The notes below the pieces were generated by a model that worked only from the letters and a program-made list of their open reading frames with translations, had not been told where the DNA came from and ran no database searches. DNA of 64,000 nt. It comes from Candidatus Omnitrophota bacterium. Its GTDB lineage: Bacteria; Omnitrophota; Gorgyraeia; Zapsychrales; Zapsychraceae. A program made the translations under genes and the position numbers. The stretch is taken from positions 17,451-81,450 of the forward strand of contig JAFGFL010000062.1 in the NCBI GenBank assembly GCA_016931055.1, in the 5' to 3' direction. This document shows positions 30,266 through 37,572 of the stretch, in pieces. Position 1 is the first letter of the stretch. Each line of letters begins with the position of its first letter.

Positions 30266-31021
30266 CTACGTTTTTTTCTTCCCTTCATCTGCTTTCTTCT
30301 TTCCTTCATCCGCCTTTGCCTTACCTTCGTCCACTTTTGCTTCAGCCTTCTTTTCGCCTTCTTCTTCGACTTCTTCAGCCTTCTTCTCTTTAATGACCTC
30401 AGGTTCGATCTCTTCTTTTTCACCGGCGACCGGTATTTCGACCTCTTTCATCGGGGGGACCACCGAGACGAGAATAGCCTCCGGGTCATGTTCTGTCCTG
30501 ACCCCATCGGGTAAAACAACATCCTTTACATAGATAGCGTCACCAATCTTCAGATTAGTCACATCAACTAAAATCTTGTCTGGGATGTTGGTCGGCAGGC
30601 AAATGACATCCAATTCCCATATGGCATGATCGAGAGAACCCCCGTCGTTCTTGACACCGGTGGCTTCCCCTTTCGCGACAATAGGGACTTTCACTTCAAG
30701 TTCTTCCGTCAATGAAATGCGGTGGAAGTCAATGTGCACCAGGCCATCCGAGACAGGTTCATGTTGTTCTTCTTTGACGATGACCGAACAATCCTTCAAC
30801 TTCTTTTTGCCATCCATCATATTCAGGCGAAAAATAACGCTTTTTCCCTGATGGAGCCGCATGATGCGTTCGTACGTGCGGCGGTCGACCTTGACCGGGG
30901 TCGAGCCTTTCTCTTCCCCGCCATAGACAACTGCCGGGACGCAATTTTCCCGATAGACCTCTTTAACCTTTCGGCTCCCGATCTTATCTCTTAGTTGAAC
31001 ATCCAATGCGATTTCTTCCAT
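30266..31021 (-). CDS. rplY: 50S ribosomal protein L25 / general stress protein Ctc, with a Lys/Glu-rich C-terminal tail
   Basis: Ctc-type two-domain L25, in prs-ctc-pth order. Confidence 0.85.
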   Translation of the reverse strand: MEEIALDVQLRDKIGSRKVKEVYRENCVPAVVYGGEEKGSTPVKVDRRTYERIMRLHQGKSVIFRLNMMDGKKKLKDCSVIVKEEQHEPVSDGLVHIDFHRISLTEELEVKVPIVAKGEATGVKNDGGSLDHAIWELDVICLPTNIPDKILVDVTNLKIGDAIYVKDVVLPDGVRTEHDPEAILVSVVPPMKEVEIPVAGEKEEIEPEVIKEKKAEEVEEEGEKKAEAKVDEGKAKADEGKKKADEGKKKT

Positions 31022-31045
31022 TTTTCCTCTACCGCCTTTTCTTGA

Positions 31046-31993
31046 TTATGCCGTTACATCAAACAAGCAACTAATCGACTCTCCGCTGTGGATCCTTTGA
31101 ATCGCTTCTGCAAGTAACGATGCAACACTGACACATTTTATTTTTGAAATTTGTTTTGCCTTGCTTAACGGGATACTGTCCGTGATGACCAGTTCCTTTA
31201 ACGCCTTGCACTCCTTGATCCTTTCGATGGCATTTCCAGAAAGAATGCCGTGCGTGACCGCGGCATACACATCCAGGACGCCCTTCTTCTTTAAGGCCGC
31301 GACCGCTTCAATCAACGACCCGGCCGTCGCGCAGATGTCATCGACAAGAACCGTGTTCTTTCCTTTAACGTTTCCCAAGATATGCATAACACTTGTCGAT
31401 TCAGGGCTATTGCGCCTTTTATCGACAATGGCGAGGCCCGCGTCCAACCGCTTCGCATAAGCCCGCGCCATTTTGATCCCCCCGACATCGGGAGAAACAA
31501 CAACCAGATTCTTAAGTTTTTTATCATCGAAATATTCACAGAGGGTATTGATCCCATATAAGTGATCAACAGGGATGTCAAAGAATCCCTGGATCTGGCT
31601 GGCGTGCAGGTCCATGGTCAAAACACGGGTTGCCCCGGCTGCCACGATTAAATTCGCGACTAGCTTCGCGGTAATAGGGACCCTCGGCCGGTCTTTCCGG
31701 TCCTGGCGGGCATAGCCGTAATAAGGCAAAACAGCTGTAATACGGTCAGCCGATGCCCTGCGGGCCGCATCGGTGAGGATCAAAAGCTCCATCAAATTAT
31801 CATTCGTCGGAGGGCACGTGGATTGGATGATAAAAACATCTTTTCCCCGGATATTCTGTTTGATCTCAACCCGGGTCTCTCCTTCGCTGAACCTTGAGAC
31901 CAGAACATCCGTCAACGAAACATTCAACTTATCACAAATGCCTTTGGCCAGCTCTGGATTGGAATTCCCTGTAAAAATAGATAGCCCGTTCAT
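31046..31993 (-). CDS. prs: ribose-phosphate pyrophosphokinase
   Basis: 315 aa with YYGYARQDRK and DLHA motifs. Confidence 0.95.
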   Translation of the reverse strand: MNGLSIFTGNSNPELAKGICDKLNVSLTDVLVSRFSEGETRVEIKQNIRGKDVFIIQSTCPPTNDNLMELLILTDAARRASADRITAVLPYYGYARQDRKDRPRVPITAKLVANLIVAAGATRVLTMDLHASQIQGFFDIPVDHLYGINTLCEYFDDKKLKNLVVVSPDVGGIKMARAYAKRLDAGLAIVDKRRNSPESTSVMHILGNVKGKNTVLVDDICATAGSLIEAVAALKKKGVLDVYAAVTHGILSGNAIERIKECKALKELVITDSIPLSKAKQISKIKCVSVASLLAEAIQRIHSGESISCLFDVTA

Positions 31994-33252
31994 TGTCGTT
32001 CCTTCTTTGAAATGATTTTTGCCGGTACCCCGACAGCCACGCTGCCATCGGGAATGGTTTTTCCTTTTAAAACAACGCTTCCCGCTCCTATAACCGCTTT
32101 TTTGCCGATCTTGGCCGGCGCTACCAAAATGGATCCGGATCCGATGAAAGCGCCGTCAGCGATCTTTGTCGGATGTTTTTGCCGGCCATCAAAATTAGCC
32201 GTGACCATTCCTGCCCCGATGTTCACATTCTCACCGACCGAAGAGTCGCCGACATAACTAAAATGTTTCATGAATGTGCCGCTGCCGACTTTCGACCTTG
32301 ACACCTCCGTAAAATTCCCGATCTCCACTTTATCGTCGATTTTCGTGCCTGAGCGGATCCTGGCAAAAGGGCCGATCTTACAATGGCTGCCGATACGGAC
32401 ATCGGCCTCGATAAAAGAAAACGGGTGAATCACCGTATCATATCCGATCCTTGCGTTCGCATGAACATATGTTGTGCTTGGATCCACAATGGTGACGCCT
32501 TCCAACATGAAATACTTTAAAATCTTTCTGCGCATGATGGCTTCAGCCGCCGCCAGATCTTCACGGGTGTTGACCCCCAAACCTTCCGCAGGGTCTTCCG
32601 TCTCGACCGTCGACATCTTAAGCCCCTTTTCGAAAAAGTATTCGATGATATCGGTCAAATAAAATTCTTTCTTCTTCTTGTTAATCTTGATCTCTTTGAG
32701 CGCTTTAAACAATTCCTTGCCTTGGCAGCAATAAACGCCGACATTGATCTCAGCGATATCCCGCTCAAAACCCGCGGCATCTTTGTCCTCGCGAATGGCG
32801 ACAACATTGCCGTTCGTGCCGCGGATGACCCTCCCATAGCCTTTAGGGTTGTGGACGACGGCCGTCAAGAATGTGCATACCGTTTTTGCCTTTTTATGCT
32901 TCTGAACGATTTTTTTGACCGTCGTTTTGTCCAGCAAAGGCGTGTCAGCGCACAGAATGAGGATATCGCCATGGTAGCTTCGAAAATATTTCTCCGCGCG
33001 TTTAACGGCATCGGCCGTTCCAAGCATTTTAGGCTGCTCAACCGTGACAATCTTGTCGCCTAAAATTTTCTTAACCATTCCGCTTTTATGCCCGAGAACA
33101 ACATATGTTCTTAAAGAACCCAGGGCCAGGGCGATATCCAAGACATACTGAATCATCGGCTTGCCGCAAAGAGCATGCAAGACTTTAGGGATATCGGACT
33201 TCATCCGCGTCCCTTTCCCCGCTGCCAAGATGATTGTTCTTAGTTCTTTCAT
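31990..33252 (-). CDS. glmU: bifunctional GlcNAc-1-P uridyltransferase / GlcN-1-P acetyltransferase
   Basis: I set the start at ATG 33252 (MKELRTIILAAGKGTRMKS). The C-terminus is a hexapeptide domain. The extra ~105 N-terminal codons of the 526-aa track ORF read through a tRNA gene. Confidence 0.9.
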   Translation of the reverse strand: MKELRTIILAAGKGTRMKSDIPKVLHALCGKPMIQYVLDIALALGSLRTYVVLGHKSGMVKKILGDKIVTVEQPKMLGTADAVKRAEKYFRSYHGDILILCADTPLLDKTTVKKIVQKHKKAKTVCTFLTAVVHNPKGYGRVIRGTNGNVVAIREDKDAAGFERDIAEINVGVYCCQGKELFKALKEIKINKKKKEFYLTDIIEYFFEKGLKMSTVETEDPAEGLGVNTREDLAAAEAIMRRKILKYFMLEGVTIVDPSTTYVHANARIGYDTVIHPFSFIEADVRIGSHCKIGPFARIRSGTKIDDKVEIGNFTEVSRSKVGSGTFMKHFSYVGDSSVGENVNIGAGMVTANFDGRQKHPTKIADGAFIGSGSILVAPAKIGKKAVIGAGSVVLKGKTIPDGSVAVGVPAKIISKKERQ

Positions 33253-33431
33253 GATTTTAAATGGGTTAACCTCAGAACTGCCTCGGCCTTCGCTGCTGCA
33301 GCGTCTAAGTTTAAAACCACCGTGAACCACTCCCCTGAACCTGAGCAAAGCGAATGGTTCAGGGTCGGGTTCACGGCCATGTACCCGAGCGTAGCCCTCA
33401 ACCGACGGTTCAAGGCGCAGCGAGTGGTACA
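33253..33431 (-). other. structured 179-nt spacer between tRNA-Gln and glmU (three hairpins; possible tRNA terminator plus glmU leader)
   Basis: Sense strand has three helices. The first is TGTACC...GGTACA. The second is CCGTGAACC-CGA-CCCTGAACC[14 nt]GGTTCAGGG-GAGT-GGTTCACGG followed by TGGTTTTAAA. The third is a 9-bp helix GGTTTTAAA/TTTAAAATC that abuts the glmU ATG. Confidence 0.4.
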
Positions 33432-33506
33432 TGGCTGCCCAGCCAGGGCTCGAACCTGGAAAAGCAGATCCAAATTCTGCTGTGTTTCCAATTACACCAC
33501 CGGGCA
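33432..33506 (-). tRNA. tRNA-Gln (anticodon UUG)
   Basis: A manual cloverleaf fits: acceptor TGCCCGG/CTGGGCA (U1-A72), G73, encoded CCA, D arm GTGT-AATTGGAA-ACAC, anticodon arm GCAGA-ATTTGGA-TCTGC, and T arm CCAGG-TTCGAGC-CCTGG. Length is 75 nt. Confidence 0.85.
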
Positions 33507-33620
33507 ATCCTTTATTCCAATAAACAGGCAAGCACCATGTCCCGGTTATGAATATTACTAATGAACACATGGTGCTCGCACTGTAGGAAAGCGCAACATT
33601 TCCTAAAGCCTCAAGGCCCC

Positions 33621-34040
33621 TTAGTTGACTTCAGAGGAAACTCTTTCGGAAGGACTACCTAAACTGCCCTCCGCAACGATTTCCCGATCGTAGGCCTCCA
33701 GAATTTTGGTCTGCAGATACTCACGAAATTGCTGAGTGATGGGATGAGCGATATCGCGGTGTTCTGTCTTGGCATCCAAGAGTTCCGTGTTTTGGCTTTC
33801 CGACTTTATCGTTTCTCCGCAATGATTGCAAAATTTGCTGCCGACTTCATTCTTAAAATGACATTTATGGCATAAACGCTTCATTTTACGCGACGGCATC
33901 GCGATAAATAAGCCGTTTGAGCCCTGAATAACCTTGATATTCCTGACCACAAAGGCATTGTCAAATGTTACCGTCGCGTAAGCCTTTAATTTCTTATCCT
34001 GGCCTTCCTTTTGAAAGACACGTATCTCCGTAATCTCCAT
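33621..34040 (-). CDS. spoVG: SpoVG-family protein with an internal zinc-ribbon insertion
   Basis: MEITEIRVF...AYATVTFDNAFVVRNIKVIQGSNGLFIAMPS and ...HRDIAHPI match SpoVG. A ~36-aa insert, CHKCHFKNEVGSKFCNHCG..., lies between them. Confidence 0.8.
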   Translation of the reverse strand: MEITEIRVFQKEGQDKKLKAYATVTFDNAFVVRNIKVIQGSNGLFIAMPSRKMKRLCHKCHFKNEVGSKFCNHCGETIKSESQNTELLDAKTEHRDIAHPITQQFREYLQTKILEAYDREIVAEGSLGSPSERVSSEVN

Positions 34041-34195
34041 CCCAGACCCCTTAATTTATTGGTTGAATGGTTCCGCCTTTTTCACAATATCGGTACAGAA
34101 CAAAACAATGTTTCATCCTCAACACCCGCTATTCATAAAACCACTTAAAAAGCGAGCATACAGCCCAAAAATTTAAGTTACCAGACAGTCAAAAT

Positions 34196-35143
34196 CTAAA
34201 GAGTCTTAACAACAAATACCTGCGAAAAGCGTTTCAATAAAACCGGCCGCATCAACTCGGCCTCATTTCTTGTCAAGGTCAATCCAAAGACGGAAGGACC
34301 GCTCCCGGAAATCATAACCCCCTTGACATTCAAAGATTTTAGTCTTTTCTTTAATTTTACTAAAGAAGGCAAAAGCCGGATAATCTCACTCTCCAAATCA
34401 TTATCCAGCGATCGGCCGACCTCTAATATATTGCCTTTCTTCAAGTTATGGATAAGGATATTAGCATTATCAATAATCTTTGTCAACACATTCGTACTCT
34501 CCCCTTTCCTTCCCGGGGATGATCCCAGCGCCTGCCTTGAGAAGTCGCTTTCTGACGGAAGACTGGAGGGTCGTAACCGCATCTTAAGCCCTCCATAAAC
34601 CTTCCACGAGTACATTTTTATCCGTGGAACAACCAAAATGTGCCAAAGATTAGTCTTAATATTAAGCGGTTTAATATCGTCACCGCGTCCTCTTCCAAGG
34701 CCAAAACTTGTATCATGTAAGAAAAAGGCGACATCACTGCCGATTTTCCGGGCAAACGGAAGCAATTCCGTCCTGCTTAAATTCAATTTCCATATATGAT
34801 TTAGCCCCAATAGTGCCGTTGCCGCATTACTGGACCCGCCAGCCAAGCCGGCAGCCACAGGGATCCGTTTTTTGATTTTAACTTCCGCTCCCTGATTGGT
34901 CTTGAATTCTTCCTGAAGAAGCCGCGCGGCCTTATAGATCAAATTTCTAGGCCCCAAAGGGACATCCGGATGATCGCATTGAATACAAATATTTTGTTTT
35001 ATTGTCGTGCGGAAATCGATTTCATCAGAAAGGTCAATCCGTTCAAATACCGTAACGATATTATGGTATCCGTCAGGTCGTTTGTTTTGGACTTTCAGAA
35101 ACAGGTTTAGTTTAGCGGGCGAGGACAGGACAATACGGCTCAT
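34196..35143 (-). CDS. ispE: 4-diphosphocytidyl-2-C-methyl-D-erythritol kinase
   Basis: SPAKLNLFL start and the GHMP kinase motif PVAAGLAGGSSNAA. Confidence 0.85.
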   Translation of the reverse strand: MSRIVLSSPAKLNLFLKVQNKRPDGYHNIVTVFERIDLSDEIDFRTTIKQNICIQCDHPDVPLGPRNLIYKAARLLQEEFKTNQGAEVKIKKRIPVAAGLAGGSSNAATALLGLNHIWKLNLSRTELLPFARKIGSDVAFFLHDTSFGLGRGRGDDIKPLNIKTNLWHILVVPRIKMYSWKVYGGLKMRLRPSSLPSESDFSRQALGSSPGRKGESTNVLTKIIDNANILIHNLKKGNILEVGRSLDNDLESEIIRLLPSLVKLKKRLKSLNVKGVMISGSGPSVFGLTLTRNEAELMRPVLLKRFSQVFVVKTL

Positions 35144-35169
35144 TAAGAAAACTCATCATTATTTATGCG

Positions 35170-36180
35170 TCAGGGGGTATTGCGGCGGACCTGGATATTC
35201 TTGACTTCATTAATCTTCGAAATCACCTCATCCTGTTTCGGCAATAACTCCAAGGATAATTCCCAATATTTAATCGCTTCATCGATATTATTCAGTTTAC
35301 GATACACATCTCCGATATGATCATAAATGACCGGATCTTTCAGATATTTATCCGCCTCTATAAGCGTTTTAAGAGCTTCTTCATACATCCCTTTTTTGTA
35401 ATAGACCCATCCCAAACTATCCAAGTAACCGCCATTATTAGGACTGATCACCAAAGCGCGCTCAATTAAAGTTTTCGCTTCGTCCAAGTTAACACTTTTT
35501 TCCGCATATAAATACCCCAGGGTATTGAGTCCATTGTCGTGCTCCGGATCGATCTCAATCGAACGCTTAAGCAGCTCAATAGCCTGATCCTGCTTATGGA
35601 CCTCCCAATACAAAGAGCCAAGCAAATAGAGGACATCGGCATTTTTGGGCTCGATCGTCAGGATCTTCTCATATTGCTCGATGGCTTGATCGTACTTTTT
35701 CTGCGAATAATAGAGCTGCCCGAGATAACTGTAAATTTGGATATTTTGAGGCTCAGCTTCGGAAAACGTCTTCAAGATCAGCTCATATTCTTTGGCCGCC
35801 TTATCATATTCTTTTTGAGTGGAATAAATCAAGGCGAGCAAATAGTGGGACTGGAGATCTTCCGGATTGAATTGATGGACAAGAAGCAGCTCCTCAATCG
35901 CCTCGGGAAGCATATTTAAGCGCGCGTAGGCCGCGCCCAACCTTAAATGGGTTAAGTAACTGTTCTCGTCATACTGGATCGCTTCCTCATATTCCATCGT
36001 AGCCCTGTTTGTCATCCCAAGCAAATCATACACCTGGCCCATGGCATAGTGCGCCAACCCCTTTGCCGCGGAAACCTGGTCCTGATAAGCAAAAGCATCC
36101 GCAGGCCGGGTGCAACAAACAGCTGCTGCCAAAAGACACAGGCAAACGAAAGTCTTGATCATCGAAACATTTCGCATCAT
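35170..36180 (-). CDS. secreted tetratricopeptide-repeat protein
   Basis: Signal peptide followed by ~8 TPR units (recurrent A..Y...I..DP pattern). Confidence 0.75.
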   Translation of the reverse strand: MMRNVSMIKTFVCLCLLAAAVCCTRPADAFAYQDQVSAAKGLAHYAMGQVYDLLGMTNRATMEYEEAIQYDENSYLTHLRLGAAYARLNMLPEAIEELLLVHQFNPEDLQSHYLLALIYSTQKEYDKAAKEYELILKTFSEAEPQNIQIYSYLGQLYYSQKKYDQAIEQYEKILTIEPKNADVLYLLGSLYWEVHKQDQAIELLKRSIEIDPEHDNGLNTLGYLYAEKSVNLDEAKTLIERALVISPNNGGYLDSLGWVYYKKGMYEEALKTLIEADKYLKDPVIYDHIGDVYRKLNNIDEAIKYWELSLELLPKQDEVISKINEVKNIQVRRNTP

Positions 36181-36197
36181 GGAACCTTGTTTAGGTC

Positions 36198-36299
36198 TTA
36201 GCGCGTTTTGCGTTTTTTAAGATGCCGTAAAGCCTTCCGCATTTTCTTGCGTTTATGCGTCGCGATTTTACGTCTCTTTCTTTTTCTTCCGCATGGCAT
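36198..36299 (-). CDS. 33-aa highly basic peptide, bS22-like (AURKAIP1/COX24-type) candidate ribosomal protein
   Basis: Not in the ORF track (<60 aa). My translation is MPCGRKRKRRKIATHKRKKMRKALRHLKKRKTR. An AAAGGAAG SD lies ~8 nt upstream. The ORF starts 20 nt after the hisG stop. Confidence 0.6.
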   Translation of the reverse strand: MPCGRKRKRRKIATHKRKKMRKALRHLKKRKTR

Positions 36300-36318
36300 A
36301 GGACTTCTTCCTTTGTTA

Positions 36319-37209
36319 TTAATAAATCAGTTTGTTCAACGGATACTCGATGATCCCCTGGGCTCCTGCCTTTTTCAATTTTGGGATCAGTGTCCTGACC
36401 GTATTTTCGCTGATAACAATTTCCACCGCCCTCCAGTTATCTTCAGACAAAGAAGACACGGTCGGGTTCTTAAGCGATGTCAGCAAATTTAGGACTTTCT
36501 TCAGATCCCTGATCTCAACATTCATTTTCAACCCGACCATATTGTTCGCGGCGATGGCTCCCTGAAGCAGCATACTGATCTGGTCCATCTTTCCCTTCTT
36601 CCATGGATCCTTTACGGACGTCTTGTTAGCAATGAATTGGGTGGTTGACTCGCAGATCGTCGAGATGATGCGCAACTTGTGCGCCCGCAAACTGCTGCCT
36701 GTTTCGGTCAATTCAACGACCGCATCAACCAATCCATCCGCCACTTTGGCCTCTGTCGCCCCCCAGCTGAACTCAACATCGGCCTTAATCTTATCCTTCC
36801 TTAAATAAGCCTTCGTGACATTAACGACCTCCGTTGCGATCTTTTTTCCTTTTAGGTCCTTGACGGATCTGATGGATGATTTCTCAGGGACGGCCAGGAC
36901 CCAGCGGACCTTGACCGAACTTTGTTTGGCATAGACCAAATCGGCCAAAACAATGACTTTTGAGCCATTCTCAAGAATCCAATCGGCCCCTGTAATCCCG
37001 CAATCAAGAGCGCCTTCCTCCACATACCGGGACATTTCTTGTGCCCTGAGTAAGACCGGCTCAATTTCTCTATCATCTATGGTTGGAAAATACGACCGGC
37101 CGGAAACATAGATCTTAAAACCGGCGCGTTCAAAGACCTTGACCGTCGCTTCCTGCAAGCTTCCCTTTGGCAATCCTAATTTGAGTTTTCGCATCTTACC
37201 GCCACTCAT
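36319..37209 (-). CDS. hisG: ATP phosphoribosyltransferase (long form)
   Basis: [14 protein letters not shown]... HisG core plus a C-terminal regulatory domain. The true start may be the second ATG (MRKLKLG). Confidence 0.9.
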   Translation of the reverse strand: MSGGKMRKLKLGLPKGSLQEATVKVFERAGFKIYVSGRSYFPTIDDREIEPVLLRAQEMSRYVEEGALDCGITGADWILENGSKVIVLADLVYAKQSSVKVRWVLAVPEKSSIRSVKDLKGKKIATEVVNVTKAYLRKDKIKADVEFSWGATEAKVADGLVDAVVELTETGSSLRAHKLRIISTICESTTQFIANKTSVKDPWKKGKMDQISMLLQGAIAANNMVGLKMNVEIRDLKKVLNLLTSLKNPTVSSLSEDNWRAVEIVISENTVRTLIPKLKKAGAQGIIEYPLNKLIY

Positions 37210-37279
37210 CCTTTTCTTAAGTGTATATTATTCCATACTTTGACCATCAAATTCTTTATAGACTCGTTTAAGATAAAAT

Positions 37280-37308
37280 AAACAGCGTATTATAGCCTCG
37301 CTCATCAC
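37280..37308 (-). promoter_or_regulatory. near-consensus sigma70 promoter for hisG
   Basis: The minus strand reads TTTACA-17 nt-TATAAT, ~70 nt upstream of hisG. Confidence 0.6.
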
Positions 37309-37407
37309 CGATGTAAAGATAATTATAATGTATACTATAGTATAATGTTTAATTGCTCTTTTACGCAAGAAATTGACTAAAAAAGCAACAAACTTTACTG
37401 AAATTCC

Positions 37408-37436
37408 TTGTCAAAGGTATCGTTGAAGGCTATAAT
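37408..37436 (+). promoter_or_regulatory. near-consensus sigma70 promoter for the ppiD-like gene
   Basis: The plus strand reads TTGTCA-17 nt-TATAAT. This places leader copy b inside the 5' UTR. Confidence 0.65.
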
Positions 37437-37487
37437 GAACCGATTCGTCTTTCCCATTCTCATCAATATATGAATTCCGATTGTATA

Positions 37488-37567
37488 AGGCCGCACCCAT
37501 TCCTTTATCCGGTGGGGTGCGAGCCTCGTCATTTTACCTTTATGGTAAATGGCAAAAATGACGGGAG
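37488..37567 (+). promoter_or_regulatory. conserved two-hairpin leader element, copy b (5' UTR of the ppiD-like gene)
   Basis: AGGCCGCACCC...GGGGTGCGAGCCTCGTCATTTTACC...GGTAAATGGCAAAAATGACGGGAG. The GGGAG lies 5 nt before ATG 37573. Confidence 0.65.
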
Positions 37568-37572
37568 TTAAA

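Noticed and set aside
30217-30423. 68-aa Lys/Arg-rich ORF (MKKKRSNLRSLKRRRLKK...)
   Set aside because: It is an alternative frame of the Lys/Glu-rich C-terminal tail of L25/Ctc. Its composition is an artefact of the AAG/GAA-rich coding sequence.
33253-33431. The structured spacer might be SRP (4.5S) RNA, 6S RNA or a glmS-type ribozyme
   Set aside because: There is a partial resemblance (AGCAGCGAAGGC..GGCAG) to the SRP helix 8 3' strand. However, the GGAA/GNRA tetraloop context and the 5' strand motif are missing. The 5' and 3' ends do not pair as in 6S RNA. No glmS core motifs are present, and the downstream gene is glmU, not glmS.
33253-33570. N-terminal ~105 codons of the 526-aa ORF (31990-33570, minus) that extend GlmU upstream
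   Set aside because: The extension reads through a well-formed tRNA-Gln gene and hairpin-rich spacer. It has no similarity to GlmU. The canonical GlmU N-terminus (MKELRTIILAAGKGTRMKS) starts at 33252.
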